This document shows positions 26,912 through 38,700 of a DNA stretch of 64,000 nucleotides, piece by piece. Under the pieces are notes generated by a model, which saw only the letters and a program-made list of their open reading frames with translations, ran no database searches and was not told the origin of the DNA. Source of the stretch: Ophelia neglecta (Eukaryota); the NCBI GenBank assembly GCA_965285935.1, contig OZ260662.1, positions 86,490,001 to 86,554,000 on the forward strand. Reading direction: 5' to 3'. Each line of letters opens with the position of its first letter. Within the stretch, counting starts at the first letter, position 1. A program made the position numbers and the translations under genes.

Positions 26912-27361
26912 CCCCGGGGACTGCACTTCCTGATCGAGCAAATTAATAGGCATGATCGTTACCAATTTCGCTGAAAAAGAGGCATTCTTTTCACCTCGTT
27001 TGTTCGAGAAAATCGGAAAAAATGATGTGCGAGATTAGAAAAAGGATATTTTGTCAGCCTGATACCAACAGGCAATGAGTGGTCAGAAAGTGTCCATGGT
27101 TCTGTTCATTATGTTAATGTTTTCCTCTGGTTTAATGCGCAGGTCAAAAGGAATTGTTAAGCATTTTTCTTTCCTTAGACCCTACCGAAAAAGAGGTACT
27201 TGGAAAAAGTCAGTGTTTTATGAAAAGTGGGGTGTTTTTAAGATGGAAATCAGCGCTTTTCGGGAAAAAAAATGGTAAAATTTTTGCGCAGAACTCGTGT
27301 TCTTTGCAAAGATGGTAACTGTCATATGTCCTTCTTTTTATCAGAAGCGCATGCCCCGAGG
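26912..27361. mobile_element. 450-bp non-autonomous DNA transposon (MITE) with imperfect TIRs and 6-bp TSD
   Basis: Left end CCCCGGGGACTGCACTTCCTGAT; right end reverse-complement CCTCGGGGCATGCGCTTCTGAT. TSD ATAAGG at 26906-26911 and 27362-27367. Removing it restores the L2 frame AAARLITGVG. Confidence 0.85.
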
Positions 27362-27809
27362 ATAAGGCGAGCAGCTGCATTCTGCACGAGCTGGTGGCGT
27401 TTGACAAGGCAGGCGGGAGGACCCACCAACAGGTTGTTGCAGTAGTCTTATCTAGAGAGAACTCAGGTAAAACCGCCTGCTTAGTGGCATCCTCCGTAGG
27501 CATTCGTCTGAGGCAATTATGTATCTCAGACGGCTGCTCGCGGTCCTCACAGCCTTCGATACGTGCTGACCCAGATTGAGACTTAGGTCCAATACGGCCC
27601 CGAGCATGGTGACATCCTCCGTTCTGACCTCAACCTCTGGTGCCTGCCACAGCGAGAGCTGGGCACTCGTCTGTACGCGGCTAGATGGTGACCCAATCAC
27701 CAGTACCTCAGTTATGTCGTAGTTTAATTTCAGGAGCTTCTGAAGCATCCATTGGTGTATATCATCCAGATATGTCTCCAATATATCAAGAGCTGTGTAG
27801 GGCTTTGGT

Positions 27810-28118
27810 TGTTTGGGCTTTTACGTGGCTTCAAACACTTATATGGTCATATCGCCACGGTGCCTGCTTGTGACAGTGGGCTCAATGCCTTCTTTAGAGT
27901 GCTGCCTCACTGGAGTACCTGCCGTAGGCACCAGACAGAGAACCCCACCAAGTTACATTTTACTGACACCGGGTTGACCAGTCCTGATACTACCCCCGAA
28001 ATACCTTCGCCTGGCAGGGGAACTATCAGTGCCCATTTTTACGTCTTGGGGTTAGCGCGATCGACATTTTAACCCCGATCTACCACTTCCGAGGTGAATG
28101 CCCTAACCACTCGGTCAC
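27810..28118 (-). mobile_element. tRNA-derived SINE (resembles lophotrochozoan Meta/RUDI-type SINEs)
   Basis: Minus-strand A box TGACCGAGTGG (28117-28107) and degenerate B box GGTTAAAATGT (28074-28064). Body AAGACGTAAAAATGG..CTGCCAGGCG..GACTGGTCAACCCGGTGTCAGTAAAATGT..CAGTGAGGCAGCACT..CGATATGACC..ACGTAAAAGCCCAAACAA. Apparent TSD GCTTTGGT at 27802-27809 / 28119-28126. Confidence 0.85.
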
Positions 28119-31100
28119 GCTTTGGTGGTAGCAGTGTAATGTAAACTAAACTGTCAGGGCATTTCATGTGTAAATAAATCATTCTTTTGTTCAGTAATGA
28201 TCATTGATTAGGCTTAAAATAGAAACAAAAATACACGTTTTTCTTTCGAAAGTTCGAAGTATTGCCCTTTTGCTACACTACTTGAGAATTATATGGAATT
28301 TACAGTGTTCATAGTGGGTAAGCATTGTCAAGTGTTTATGCTGAACAATCGTACTTTTGAATGTGTGATTAAATATATATATCACTGTACTCAATTGGTC
28401 CCATAACTGTCTGCAAATTCGTATTAATTAAATATCCCAACGAGTGTATTTTTTTTACTCTGCTTAACGCCACAGTGGTGGCTTGTGGCAAAATAGTACA
28501 ATGCTGTACCCTACACGCATGAAGACAGTCGGCCGAAGCAAACAGCGATTTAGTTTTTGGCCTGGGCGACGGGGGAACTCTTGCAGCGATCTCATGTAGT
28601 GGAGGAGGTAGTGGGTTGTGCACTTAGGAGCTTCCTATCCCACAGCTGGGCGCTTTCAATGAAATTAACTTCAACAGCCCCAGTTGTGAAGTTTAAGTAC
28701 TGTAAACATAACATTTTGGCGCTCATTTCATCGATTCACTAAGTCTATATGATAGGGATTTTTTGCTTAAGCGCAAATAGCCCAAAATAGGGCGCAAACA
28801 TATCATACGTGCTTGATCCTGATCAAGAAAATGCACCCTTTGCACCATTGGGAAACCAGCCTCAGCGAGAGGCGAAAACTGCATTTGTTTTCGCCAGACC
28901 GAGTATAGCATGCCGCGAACATTATATGGGGTCTGTTGCGCAAAATTATGATGCAGCGAAAAACGTTCATGTTTACAGTACTTCCATATGACGGCTTCCA
29001 TGTGCCATGTTCAATCTTTGCCCAGGTGTTCAAGTGTGGAGTGTAGCAGGTGTTCAGGGAATGTAGTCCCGGCTATCCACTGAGATGTATCCAGGGTTTA
29101 ACTCGGGGTTTAACTAGATTCTGTTGAAGTTAAAGCAAGGAAAACTCAATATAAACCGTGGTGTAAAGATTGTTTGACGCCAATATAAAGTATGTGGAAT
29201 AGAGAAAGCCTGGCCTCCAATTCAGAAGTAGGGAATACAGAGCTTAAGGCGAGGTATCTACGATTTCGAATGGACGAAAGAACCATGATTAATGTGTTTT
29301 ATCACCGACTCGGTTACTGGTGTGTCCAGTCGACATCTCCTCAGCAGATAACGGGCCTTGCCAATAGAAGATAGTCCGACTGAATCATTGAGGAAACAGA
29401 TCCGTGCTCCAAAAAGTTTCGAGTACAATTTATACGCTTAAACACATGCACTCTATATTTGGGTTTGTATCGAATACACTGTTCTGACTTATAATATTAT
29501 AAAATCAACGTTAGAATGACAAATTTTATTTATTCCATATGACTGTTGACATAAGTATTGAAGTAGATACATCTTAAGGTGGCCGCTCGCTATCACTTTG
29601 GATTTTAGTCATATGTTTATGGATAAGTGATGGTTATTTTTAGAACGCCCGCCCCCCGGCCGTGACTTTGTGTCTCTTCAAGTGCTGCCCTCGTTCAAAT
29701 CACCTGAAATAGCCGCTGCTTAGTGACTATCATATTTTGACTTTACAATGCCATACGATAAGTAACGTTAAATACTTGTTCATGGCGAATATAATATTTG
29801 ATGCATTAGGTAAATCCATGTAAAGTGTGTATTTCTCCTGCGTCGGCCTGCATGACTGGGCACCGTCTGCCCGACCAGGTAAAACTGATAGGCTTTGACT
29901 CAATTATCGCGAGAGTTGACTGTTTCGAGGAAAAATAAGCGCGGGTGTGAGCAAACTTGAAACAGACACATTTACTGCCAAACACAATGCAGTCCAATTC
30001 ATTGTAAATGCGTGGGTTTTTCTCGGAGAGACATTTGAACCATGTAAGTTTCCACTCACTAATTCAATCCATAGCTTTCTGCCCTTTGTAGTTACCGACA
30101 TTGCATGATTATAGTATCGGCGTCTGTGTAGCCGTTAAGGAGATTGGCACTCCCTAAATGAAGCCCAGCTTTATCCACCGCAAGACATGCCGCGCGTGTT
30201 TGTTTAGAGATAACAAAAGTCTTCCGTGGCCTAACTGCAAAAAGAAAAGAAAAATTGTTGGGGCGGAACTGGGAATATAGAACAGGGAAAGTCGGGTATT
30301 TGAGTAAGGGATGGACACCACCCACCGGAAGGGGTTTACATAATAGATACCTTTAAATGCGACAGCCTTTCGGCACATTAAAAAACTTCACTTCTCCTGT
30401 GCTACATACAAGGAGGAAGTGAAATTAACCGGGACCCCATGGCTTTCGTCTAGGTCTGCCACGGCATTGCGAGCTGAAGCCAGCTAAAGGACTCACGTGT
30501 CGTCGACATCAATGATTTCTGTGAAGGCAGCGTTTGGAATTAATAATTTCAAGGATCTCTTTCAGGATTTAGCCAGGTGCTTCAGGGGCCCGTTCCCTAA
30601 GAAGGGCTCGAGTTTAGTGTGGTATTTGCCCTTGAATGTATGAGCCATACATGTACACCGATTATAGTTGGAAATGTGGAAGAAATTCTATTTGTAAGCA
30701 GGTGATGTGTCTCGGGCATGTTATAAGCCTAATATGATTAACATTATGTGTTCCTACAAATCAAAGAAGCAAGGGTCTAATAATAATTCTTATGACTAAA
30801 AGCTAGTCTCAAATATTTATACAATAGATGCACTTCGGGAACATTATTGTGTTTTTCTGGTATGACTTTTGACATTTTAAGCAAACGCACCATTTTTAGC
30901 GCCCATATACTTACCGCTAGAAGGCCATTATTGCTTGTCAATGGTCTGAAAAGCACGTACGTCTACTGTGAGGTCTCTCGACTTTAAAAAATGGGAAAAA
31001 CATAGTACGAAACCGGGATATTTTTAGCTATATGGACAAAGTATGCAGGTGCTTTTACTTTAAAGCCAGAGATAAAGCTTCTAAGATCAAAGATGAACGA

Positions 31101-31257
31101 AGGGGAAAATTTTAAAGGAAACACTCCACAATGCATCCTTGCTAGAGTGCATAGGCAATATATTATAAATATTATTGTACCAGGATCTGATAAATAGAAC
31201 AGGATCTGATAAATACAAGCCTAAATCAACATCTTGAATCAGCGGATAGCGGACCTG

Positions 31258-31375
31258 TTTACGGTAGATGGATTAAGTCTGGGGTGAGTATACGACGGTT
31301 TTTACGGTAGATGATTTTCGTATGGGCGAGTAAACGACGTGCTTTACGGTAGATGGTTTACGTCTGGGGCCCGTA
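31258..31375. repeat. Short tandem repeat, ~42-43 bp x3
   Basis: ACGGTAGATG anchor at 31261, 31304, 31346. A separate direct duplication CAGGATCTGATAAATA lies at 31181 and 31200. Confidence 0.8.
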
Positions 31376-33959
31376 TAAGAGTTATAAAGTATGGGAAAGG
31401 TGTAATGACAGATCGATCTCTCTGGCAATATCATAAGGTATTATTTATGGCGGATGGTAATCATGGTGGATTAGTTTTAGGAATTTGATTTTTGTTTGCA
31501 GTGTGTACTTCCGGCTGCGGGGACGCACTTTTAGATGGCGGTCTATAGGGGCAAAAGGAATGATGGGTCCTTACATTTTCTAGATTCGAAAAATGAAAAT
31601 ATAATATACATTATATTATTTTTTCATCAGTAGATGCAAACTTTGGAGGGCATAATTTTAGTAATGAGAGATAACATATATTTTATGAGTAACCAGTAGT
31701 TCCTTATGCATTACACATAGGGATTACGACTCCATGTGCCACATTAAAGTTTCCTGTACTAATAGCATATCATAAGGTCAGTCATCCAAAAGTATCTATG
31801 TGTTTCTATAGGCACAATGTCGTGACTGGCGTTTTTTCCGAGATGTCGTTTTTATATGGCAAGAAAAAACAGTCGTCTGTCATTTTCCTTCAAACACAGT
31901 GTAGGGAACCCTGTATTTTTATGTAGGGAACGCTGTTTTTATGTAGACGGCTGTAGTTTGGTCTCCTTTTTGTACTGAAGGGATTGTCTGATCGCGGCAG
32001 GAGCGATCCGTGTTTTAATGTGGCGCCAATGTAGCAGTTCTATTGCTTGCGATTCGATGGCTCGAGCATGGCCTCTTGTGATCATGACAATAAATGCTGC
32101 CAGAGACTCACTGCCAGCTCGTGTCCCGGCTTTGGGAATAATATGCCAGTTCAGCCTGACTTATTTCCATAAAATGTGACAATGATAGTAAGAAATGTCC
32201 TTTACGCTTGTTGCGACAAACACTGTCTATCTTGCCGTGCTACTGAATCCGTTATCCCCTGTGGGTCTACAAAGCTGGGTTGCGCAATTGAGACGGATAA
32301 CATTATCTAAAGATTTAAAAAGAACAAACTAAAAGCAAATGCAAATAATAATGGGCTGTCTTATCGCTACACACATGGAAACATTTTGTGTAGAGGTCCA
32401 TTGGAACTTAATGATGGAAAGCTCTCCAGCTTCAAACCATTTGACCATGGAAAAATAGTACAAAATCAAAGTGCCAGCATAAATGATAAAAGTATTTATA
32501 TATATTTTTTTACGCGGGATGACTCAGTTGTATTCATTTTAACACATGTCAACTTATAAGAGATTTCCATCAAAGAACTTCAAGTGCTGTCGCAGGAAAT
32601 GTCCTCGTCCCCGCAATACTAGAAATAATGTCAAAACTCAAACAATTAGATATACAAATGGCACATAAGGGCTTATGTTGCATGAAGAAGTAGTCAATAT
32701 TTTTGTTTTCGAAAATGGAGTGAAGCCTATAAACAAATTCAGTCTGATTAGAAATTGATGACATTTATATGGCCTATAGGAGAGTCGTTGTTGGTCGTAG
32801 CTTTCTTAGAATACTAGGAGGAAAGACACTGATATCTACTTATACGCATGACTAAAGGGGGATGAAAACATTCTGTCCTCCTGGAATATGAAACATGATG
32901 ATATTTCATTAAATGAACCAGCCACGCTGTTAATGCATCCGAAAAACTCGGTGAAAGGGAAATGTAATTGTCTGTGACAGGCCTGGGTTATCCTTCAGTG
33001 TGATATCTCTCACCTCACTTATTTTCATAAGTGATGATTTTTTCTTGATAGGAAATGCAAAACTATATGTTGACCCATTAGGGTGTTGCCTAATGAGAAC
33101 CTATAACTAAGAAAATTAAAAAGTGCACTCCTCGCCAAATAAAACTACTAGCCGGGCGAATTTATCATGCGAAATCTGCTCGAAACGGAGTGAATTCAGC
33201 TGGGATAATACCAGGCAAGGCAAGCGAGAAGAAGCTAGTCTATAGCGTGTAGTGGCTTAGTATTACCGAAGGTCTACCCCTATTCCATCCTGCCGTCCTG
33301 AGAAGGACGTTGTAAATAAAAAGAAAAAACATCGATTGGTCCGGGTTTTCAGTTTCTAACTAATCGACAGGCGGTTGAAGATGAAGAAGTTATTTCAAAT
33401 TATTTGAGTAAATTAATGTTAGTATTGTACATTAAAAATCATAGAGTAGCATCCCAAATCTTATTCCCAAATGTATTGAAGAGACCTAAGAACGGATGGC
33501 TTTATAGGGCAACATACACTTTGTTCTAACGCAGCACTCTCATGGCTCTTACAGTATAAGCAGATCAAATATTTAATTCTCTGAATGATGGTTGACCTTT
33601 TCGAAGACTTGAGGTTATCCTCGACTTCAATAAGGCTTGGCAAGATAGAACCGTCAGCGGGTATCCGACAGACAAAGGTAAATCAGGAAAATAACGAGAG
33701 TGGATGGATACCCGGTATTCAAAGACAAATCGGGAATCCAGAATATTCCATTTAATCTGTCCATTAAGGTACCACAAAATATTTTTTGCTTTTGATGTAT
33801 GTATACGTTTTATTCTTTGTAATCTACATGCGTCAAAACAGAGTATAGGCCTGTATATATTTACAATTATAACTGCAATTTTATGGTAAAATACATAATA
33901 AGCACCATTATATATGTACTGTTCTTTTAACAACACTGTAAAAATGAATTGGTAAGAAC

Positions 33960-34832
33960 ATTAAGTTAATATTGAAAAATGGAAGAATATTATGGGCTGC
34001 ATTGCTGGTTAAAATTAGCAGTTTACATGACAGTTCTAGCTCTGTGAGTACCAATGAAGAAGTTATATATGGAACGAGTGACAGAGCATGTATCTGGTTG
34101 CAGGGTCACCACTGCCATGGAAAGCGTTTTGTATTCCTATTAGAAAATAAATGGAAATAACATTACTTCTGCACGATCTTGTTTTACCTGAGATTCCACG
34201 ATAGAAAAATGTATTCAGAGGTGTGCGATGTATGCTTGAGTAGTGTATGGAAACTTACTGGCACACATGGCAAGAGGTTAGCTATTTTAAAGTTTGTGGT
34301 ATTTTCATTTATTTCAAACTGTTAAATCTACGTCCAAGAATTAACAAAATTATCTAAATAGACAAAGTAATCAAATAAAATTAGTCATAAGATTACCATC
34401 AATGAAATGTGTCAAAAGATTACAGCGTTGTGTGTATATAGCGGAGCTTTCAGTATTTTCAGTTTTTTGTTTTATTTTGAGGCTAACCTTTGATGAGTTT
34501 TCGTTCTTTTTCACCTGTAGGCACTATTTTTTAAGTTAATATTTAGATATAAAAGCATTATGAGGACAACTACGCTAGTTGACATCCGGAAGGTTTTTTT
34601 TTACATGCAACTGCCCTATTCCAACAATATGCATATTGTTTATGTAAATTGTAATAATTGTATTAGTTTATTTCAAATTCGTCTGCATGCATGTTGTTTA
34701 AGTGAAAGGCTCTATTGATTACCTTGTTAACTTTTTAATTATGATATGTAGATATATTGGTTAGTGTTGCACTTTATAAATTGATTTGTATTTGTGTGTT
34801 GCTTTTCCTCTAGTGGCAATAAAACTTACTTA
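33960..34832 (+). mobile_element. Old LINE 3' fragment (CR1/Daphne-like)
   Basis: SVSTNEEVIYGTSDR (cf. ST.N..VYGE.GR), DEF-like zinc-knuckle remnant near 34490, and a T-rich 3'UTR ending AATAAAACTTACTT (~34818-34831). Confidence 0.45.
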
Positions 34833-37800
34833 GAAAAAAGAGCAGGGGATAGAATTAAACAAACCTAGTCCTAAGATTCTATAAACACAGTAATTCCACT
34901 CTGAGATTACAAGGATGAGTATGTACTCTTACTTGAACAAATCGATCACTCTCAAGGATCCCTTGATGATTTCGCCTAATTGTTAAACCATCATCTCAGT
35001 GTATTACGTCTGGGAGCTTAATAGAGGCGCACTTCATTTCTTTTCGCTTAATACCACCCTTTGTCGGATATTTATTTCTGTTGCTAATCCATAGTTTTTC
35101 CAGCACTAAAACCACCAGGGTGAGAGGGCCCACCCGCCTCGCCTATCCCGATAAAGAAATTAGTAGATTTCAGACTTCATTGACTAAACCTAAACCAACC
35201 CACAGGCGCTCGGTCTATATAAGTGAATTCTAAGGACTTGTATCTTATTTACCAACTCTCTAAAATATGTGCCTTTCTGACAGTTCCAATACTTATATCC
35301 CTTACGATCAGGGAAACGTATATCAGGAAAATCATAACATGTTCATATCAGAAAAGCACCGCCAATTTACATCACATATTTGTATGACACCAGTCGACAG
35401 AATTATATAATGTACACCACACAAACGTCAATTCAGAAGAGTGACACCAAATATCTAGAAATAAAAACGTATTTCCATGATGTCTCTAGCGCTTCAGGTA
35501 TAATATAAAATATCTATTCCCTGAGCAACATGGCGAGAAATACAGAAGTACAGATAATTATCACTTTTGTGATATTGTATGAATATCAGTTAAGTCTATA
35601 ACTTCATACTGGACATTACGGAGTTCACGGGGGGGGGGGGGGGGTATGGCGGGAGGTTCTGGTGTCACAAGGGAATGACCCAAGAATTTGTCCCCCCCCC
35701 CCCCACACACACACACCAAAACCCCGTATGCACCATAATTAATGCAACCAACTTCTATTTTGGCGGAATCAACACAGTCAGATCTGACGACTTGTTATAA
35801 GAAAGGGTACTATGTTATCACCTAATTAAAGTGACAATCAGCCTGGTGACCCGGTGCTCCCAAATGTCAACAAACCAACCACTGTAACAGTTTATATTAA
35901 CAGTATCAGCCGACGAACTGTGGCCCTTTCTTGTTAATGAAAGACATAGAAGCCTGGAAAGTGAATGAAACAATTCATTTTCTTGTTAGGAGGCTGACAG
36001 CACCATTGATGACACATTTACCGCTACAAGAAGGTTGTAATTAAAGCCAAGATCGGTTGATAGATTGACGCGACAATCGCTCATTCTGGAGTTAGAAACA
36101 CGGCTTTCTACTGGAAGGTTTAACTTTATAATCAATCCTAGTAGCAAACAGCAGGGCCAAGTCTTTATCCGGGTGCCACAAGGAGAACATTATCTGGGTC
36201 AATGTCAACGAGGCTTTAAAACCAGTAAATTCAGGGATTTGGATCAATTAAACTCAATAGGCTAATGTCGTTGTCGCCGAGGTCGTTGATCAAGGCTGTT
36301 AAATCAACCAATGGTATGCGAGAAGATAATGAAAATGACCGAGCGAGTAGTCTCGGAGTTAATTTAAGTGAAAGTTATTATTTCCTGTGCCTTTGAGGCA
36401 CTGGGACGCCGTAGCACGGATGATACCTGTTTTCCTCATTGTGCCATGATAACAGATAGGCTATAGGGGATATTTTTACCCAGCGAGCGTCATTGAAGGT
36501 GATACACCACCGGAAACGGAAACCCTGGAGACGCCGTCAGTGATTTGGGGGGCTTACCGCTCGATATACTAAGGAGCTGGACGCCTGTTTGGAATAAAAT
36601 GGGTCGCTGTGCCTGGATGTAACCCCTTATTGTGCTTTTCAGGCCAGAATTATTTCATTTGCTCGTGCAATGACGCAGGGCTAGCTCTAGGCTTATATAT
36701 TAAGCAGCCATCAGTCGAGCCTTTCAACTTGGTATGCAAGTGTCATGCTGCATACGACACGGGCTATTGTTTATAATTTGCGCTCAACAATTATGCAATG
36801 TCGATACAGATGTATGCACGGAGTTGTGATATCCAAGAAATCTACCATAAATGACATTATTGGTGATCGCCAGTTTATTGTAACATTTTGAAACACTTAT
36901 TACAATTAGGGTTATCCCCCTTTGAAAACAACCACCCCGTAGCTCATACTCTGCACAGCTTTTCACAGCAATGGGAGGGTGAATTAAACGCCATTTTGGT
37001 GCCGATGGAATGACTATCAGTTAGTGCTAAAGTCAAATAATATTATATTCTATTTGTAAAAACCTGCGCAGTGGATTTAAATGCGGTTGGGTTAAATCAG
37101 CTTATATGCCACATTGGTTCCCAAGCTGGGGAAAGGTTTTATTCGTGTCACGGAAGAACACTCTTTTCGCTGTGTGAAACAAACTATGTTTTTCACAAAA
37201 CCTTGAACTTAAAGCAAATCTTTGTTTCCCGAGGAAAGACCTAGATGTACAAGTTTTCATCAGAAATATATATTCCATTTTTTTCTGGGAAATCCCCGTA
37301 GCGTTTGTCTGTACAATATCACTAATCCCAGTTCAGGGCATGCATTGCATACAGACACATTTGTTTATTTTGATCTTAAACTGTCCCATAACCGCTTATG
37401 ACCAACATAGAAATATATCGCTCCTGGCACTTCCTGTTCTGTCGGCACAAAAGTGTATTATCAACCCAGAAATGGGCTGATTCTCTTTACACACACTAAA
37501 TTTATTAACGGAATATTGCAAAGTTTTGCACAGGCTATGTCGATAAATAAGTCTTTTTCCAGAATGAACAAAGGCCATCACCTTGTGGCAACAGCCATCA
37601 ATTCTTTTAGCACCATATCTAATTATTTAAATCAATCCCATTACCATGATAACCTTAAATATGGAAATAGAGTGCCCCATGTACTGGCGAGGAACATTAG
37701 CCTCAGCTACCACAGTTTTCGACCTGAGCATTTTGCATCTTTTGCTCAAGAAAATCATGTGCTTAGCCCTAGACATGTCTGAACAGATTAGACGAGATGG

Positions 37801-38174
37801 ATTGCCTTAAGGGATTGGCGCAAATATGCCCCAAAATATTGAAAATATTTAACCTCGTGAAAAAGATAATCATGTTTCTTTTTGAAGAATAGCCTCTCAC
37901 GACAATGAAATACAACCATTTAATAATGATGTTTTTCGATGTTAGAAAGGGCTATTTTCCAATATATAGCATTGACGTTAAAATTAACTTAAGGGAACAA
38001 GGTGTGTATCCCGGACTAATATGAAACTTAAAACGGCTCAGCTTACATTTGATGTTACTCGATCCACTCTGACAGCCATAGGAATTCCTAATTTTTTTTT
38101 TTCTTGCGCTGAGCTTTAAGGAAAAATCTATGTACATGTATATAAATGACAACTATGAGACAATGAAGAATCAC

Positions 38175-38262
38175 TATCATTATCATTGTTATCATCATTA
38201 ATATAATTAAAAGTATTATTATTATCATTATTATTATCATTATTATTATCATTATTATTATT
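38175..38262. repeat. (ATT/ATC)n microsatellite
   Basis: tattattattatcattattattatc... directly visible; source of the poly-N/D ORF 38128-38397. Confidence 0.95.
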
Positions 38263-38404
38263 CAACACTATACTCGAAGATAACAGGCACAGTCGACAAA
38301 AAAAGCGTTTCCCATGTTTCGGTTGTTTGCCGCCTCGAAGTGAGTTAGAGACCCCACGGACATGTCGTTTGCAAGGTCCGGCCACATGTAATCCCACCTA
38401 CCCT

Positions 38405-38700
38405 TATTCATTAAATGTATTACTTGAAAAAATGTCTTAAGCGCTCCACCAAAACTGAAATAGTTCTGCGTGAAACTGGCAAGTTGACCGTCACCCGGAA
38501 TGCTCGGTTGAAGGTTACCTAGTTTTGGGCAACTTTGGTCGATCCTGGAGTTATAAAGCTCTCTAGAAGTTTATATGAAAAAATTAGTAAACTAAAGTGG
38601 GATTGGCTTCAAGTGGTTGAGCAGGCATTAGAAAGACTAGCACTCTATGACCACTGGAGGTAACAGCTAGTGCCATATAGACTTGTTTAAAAACACTAGT
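38405..38700 (+). mobile_element. LINE ORF2 C-terminal fragment (CR1/Daphne-like)
   Basis: KRSTKTEIVLRETGKLTV...*FWATL..KLSRSLYEKISKLKWDWLQVVEQALERLALYDHW matches K.STPN..VYGELGR.P...FW..L...KLS..LY....WL..V...L...G...W. Confidence 0.65.

Larger units (their letters stand above)
26420..28175 (-). mobile_element. 5'-truncated L2-clade LINE (RT C-terminal half to 3' tail), hosting a MITE and a SINE
   Basis: Motifs LDDIHQWMLQKLLKLNYDITEVLVIG, LGAVLDLSLNLGQHVSKAVRTASSRLR, SRLDYCNNLLVG, QNAAARL|ITGVGRRDHITP..HWLPITQRVDYKVALLVFK, APGCLQGLL..RSLRSS..LWVPRTRL..RNTLP..FKNK. 3' end GCTTTATAAAT..(TAAA)n at 26420-26455. Degenerate H.YADD.Q.Y-like sequence at ~28138-28172 beyond the SINE. Confidence 0.92.
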
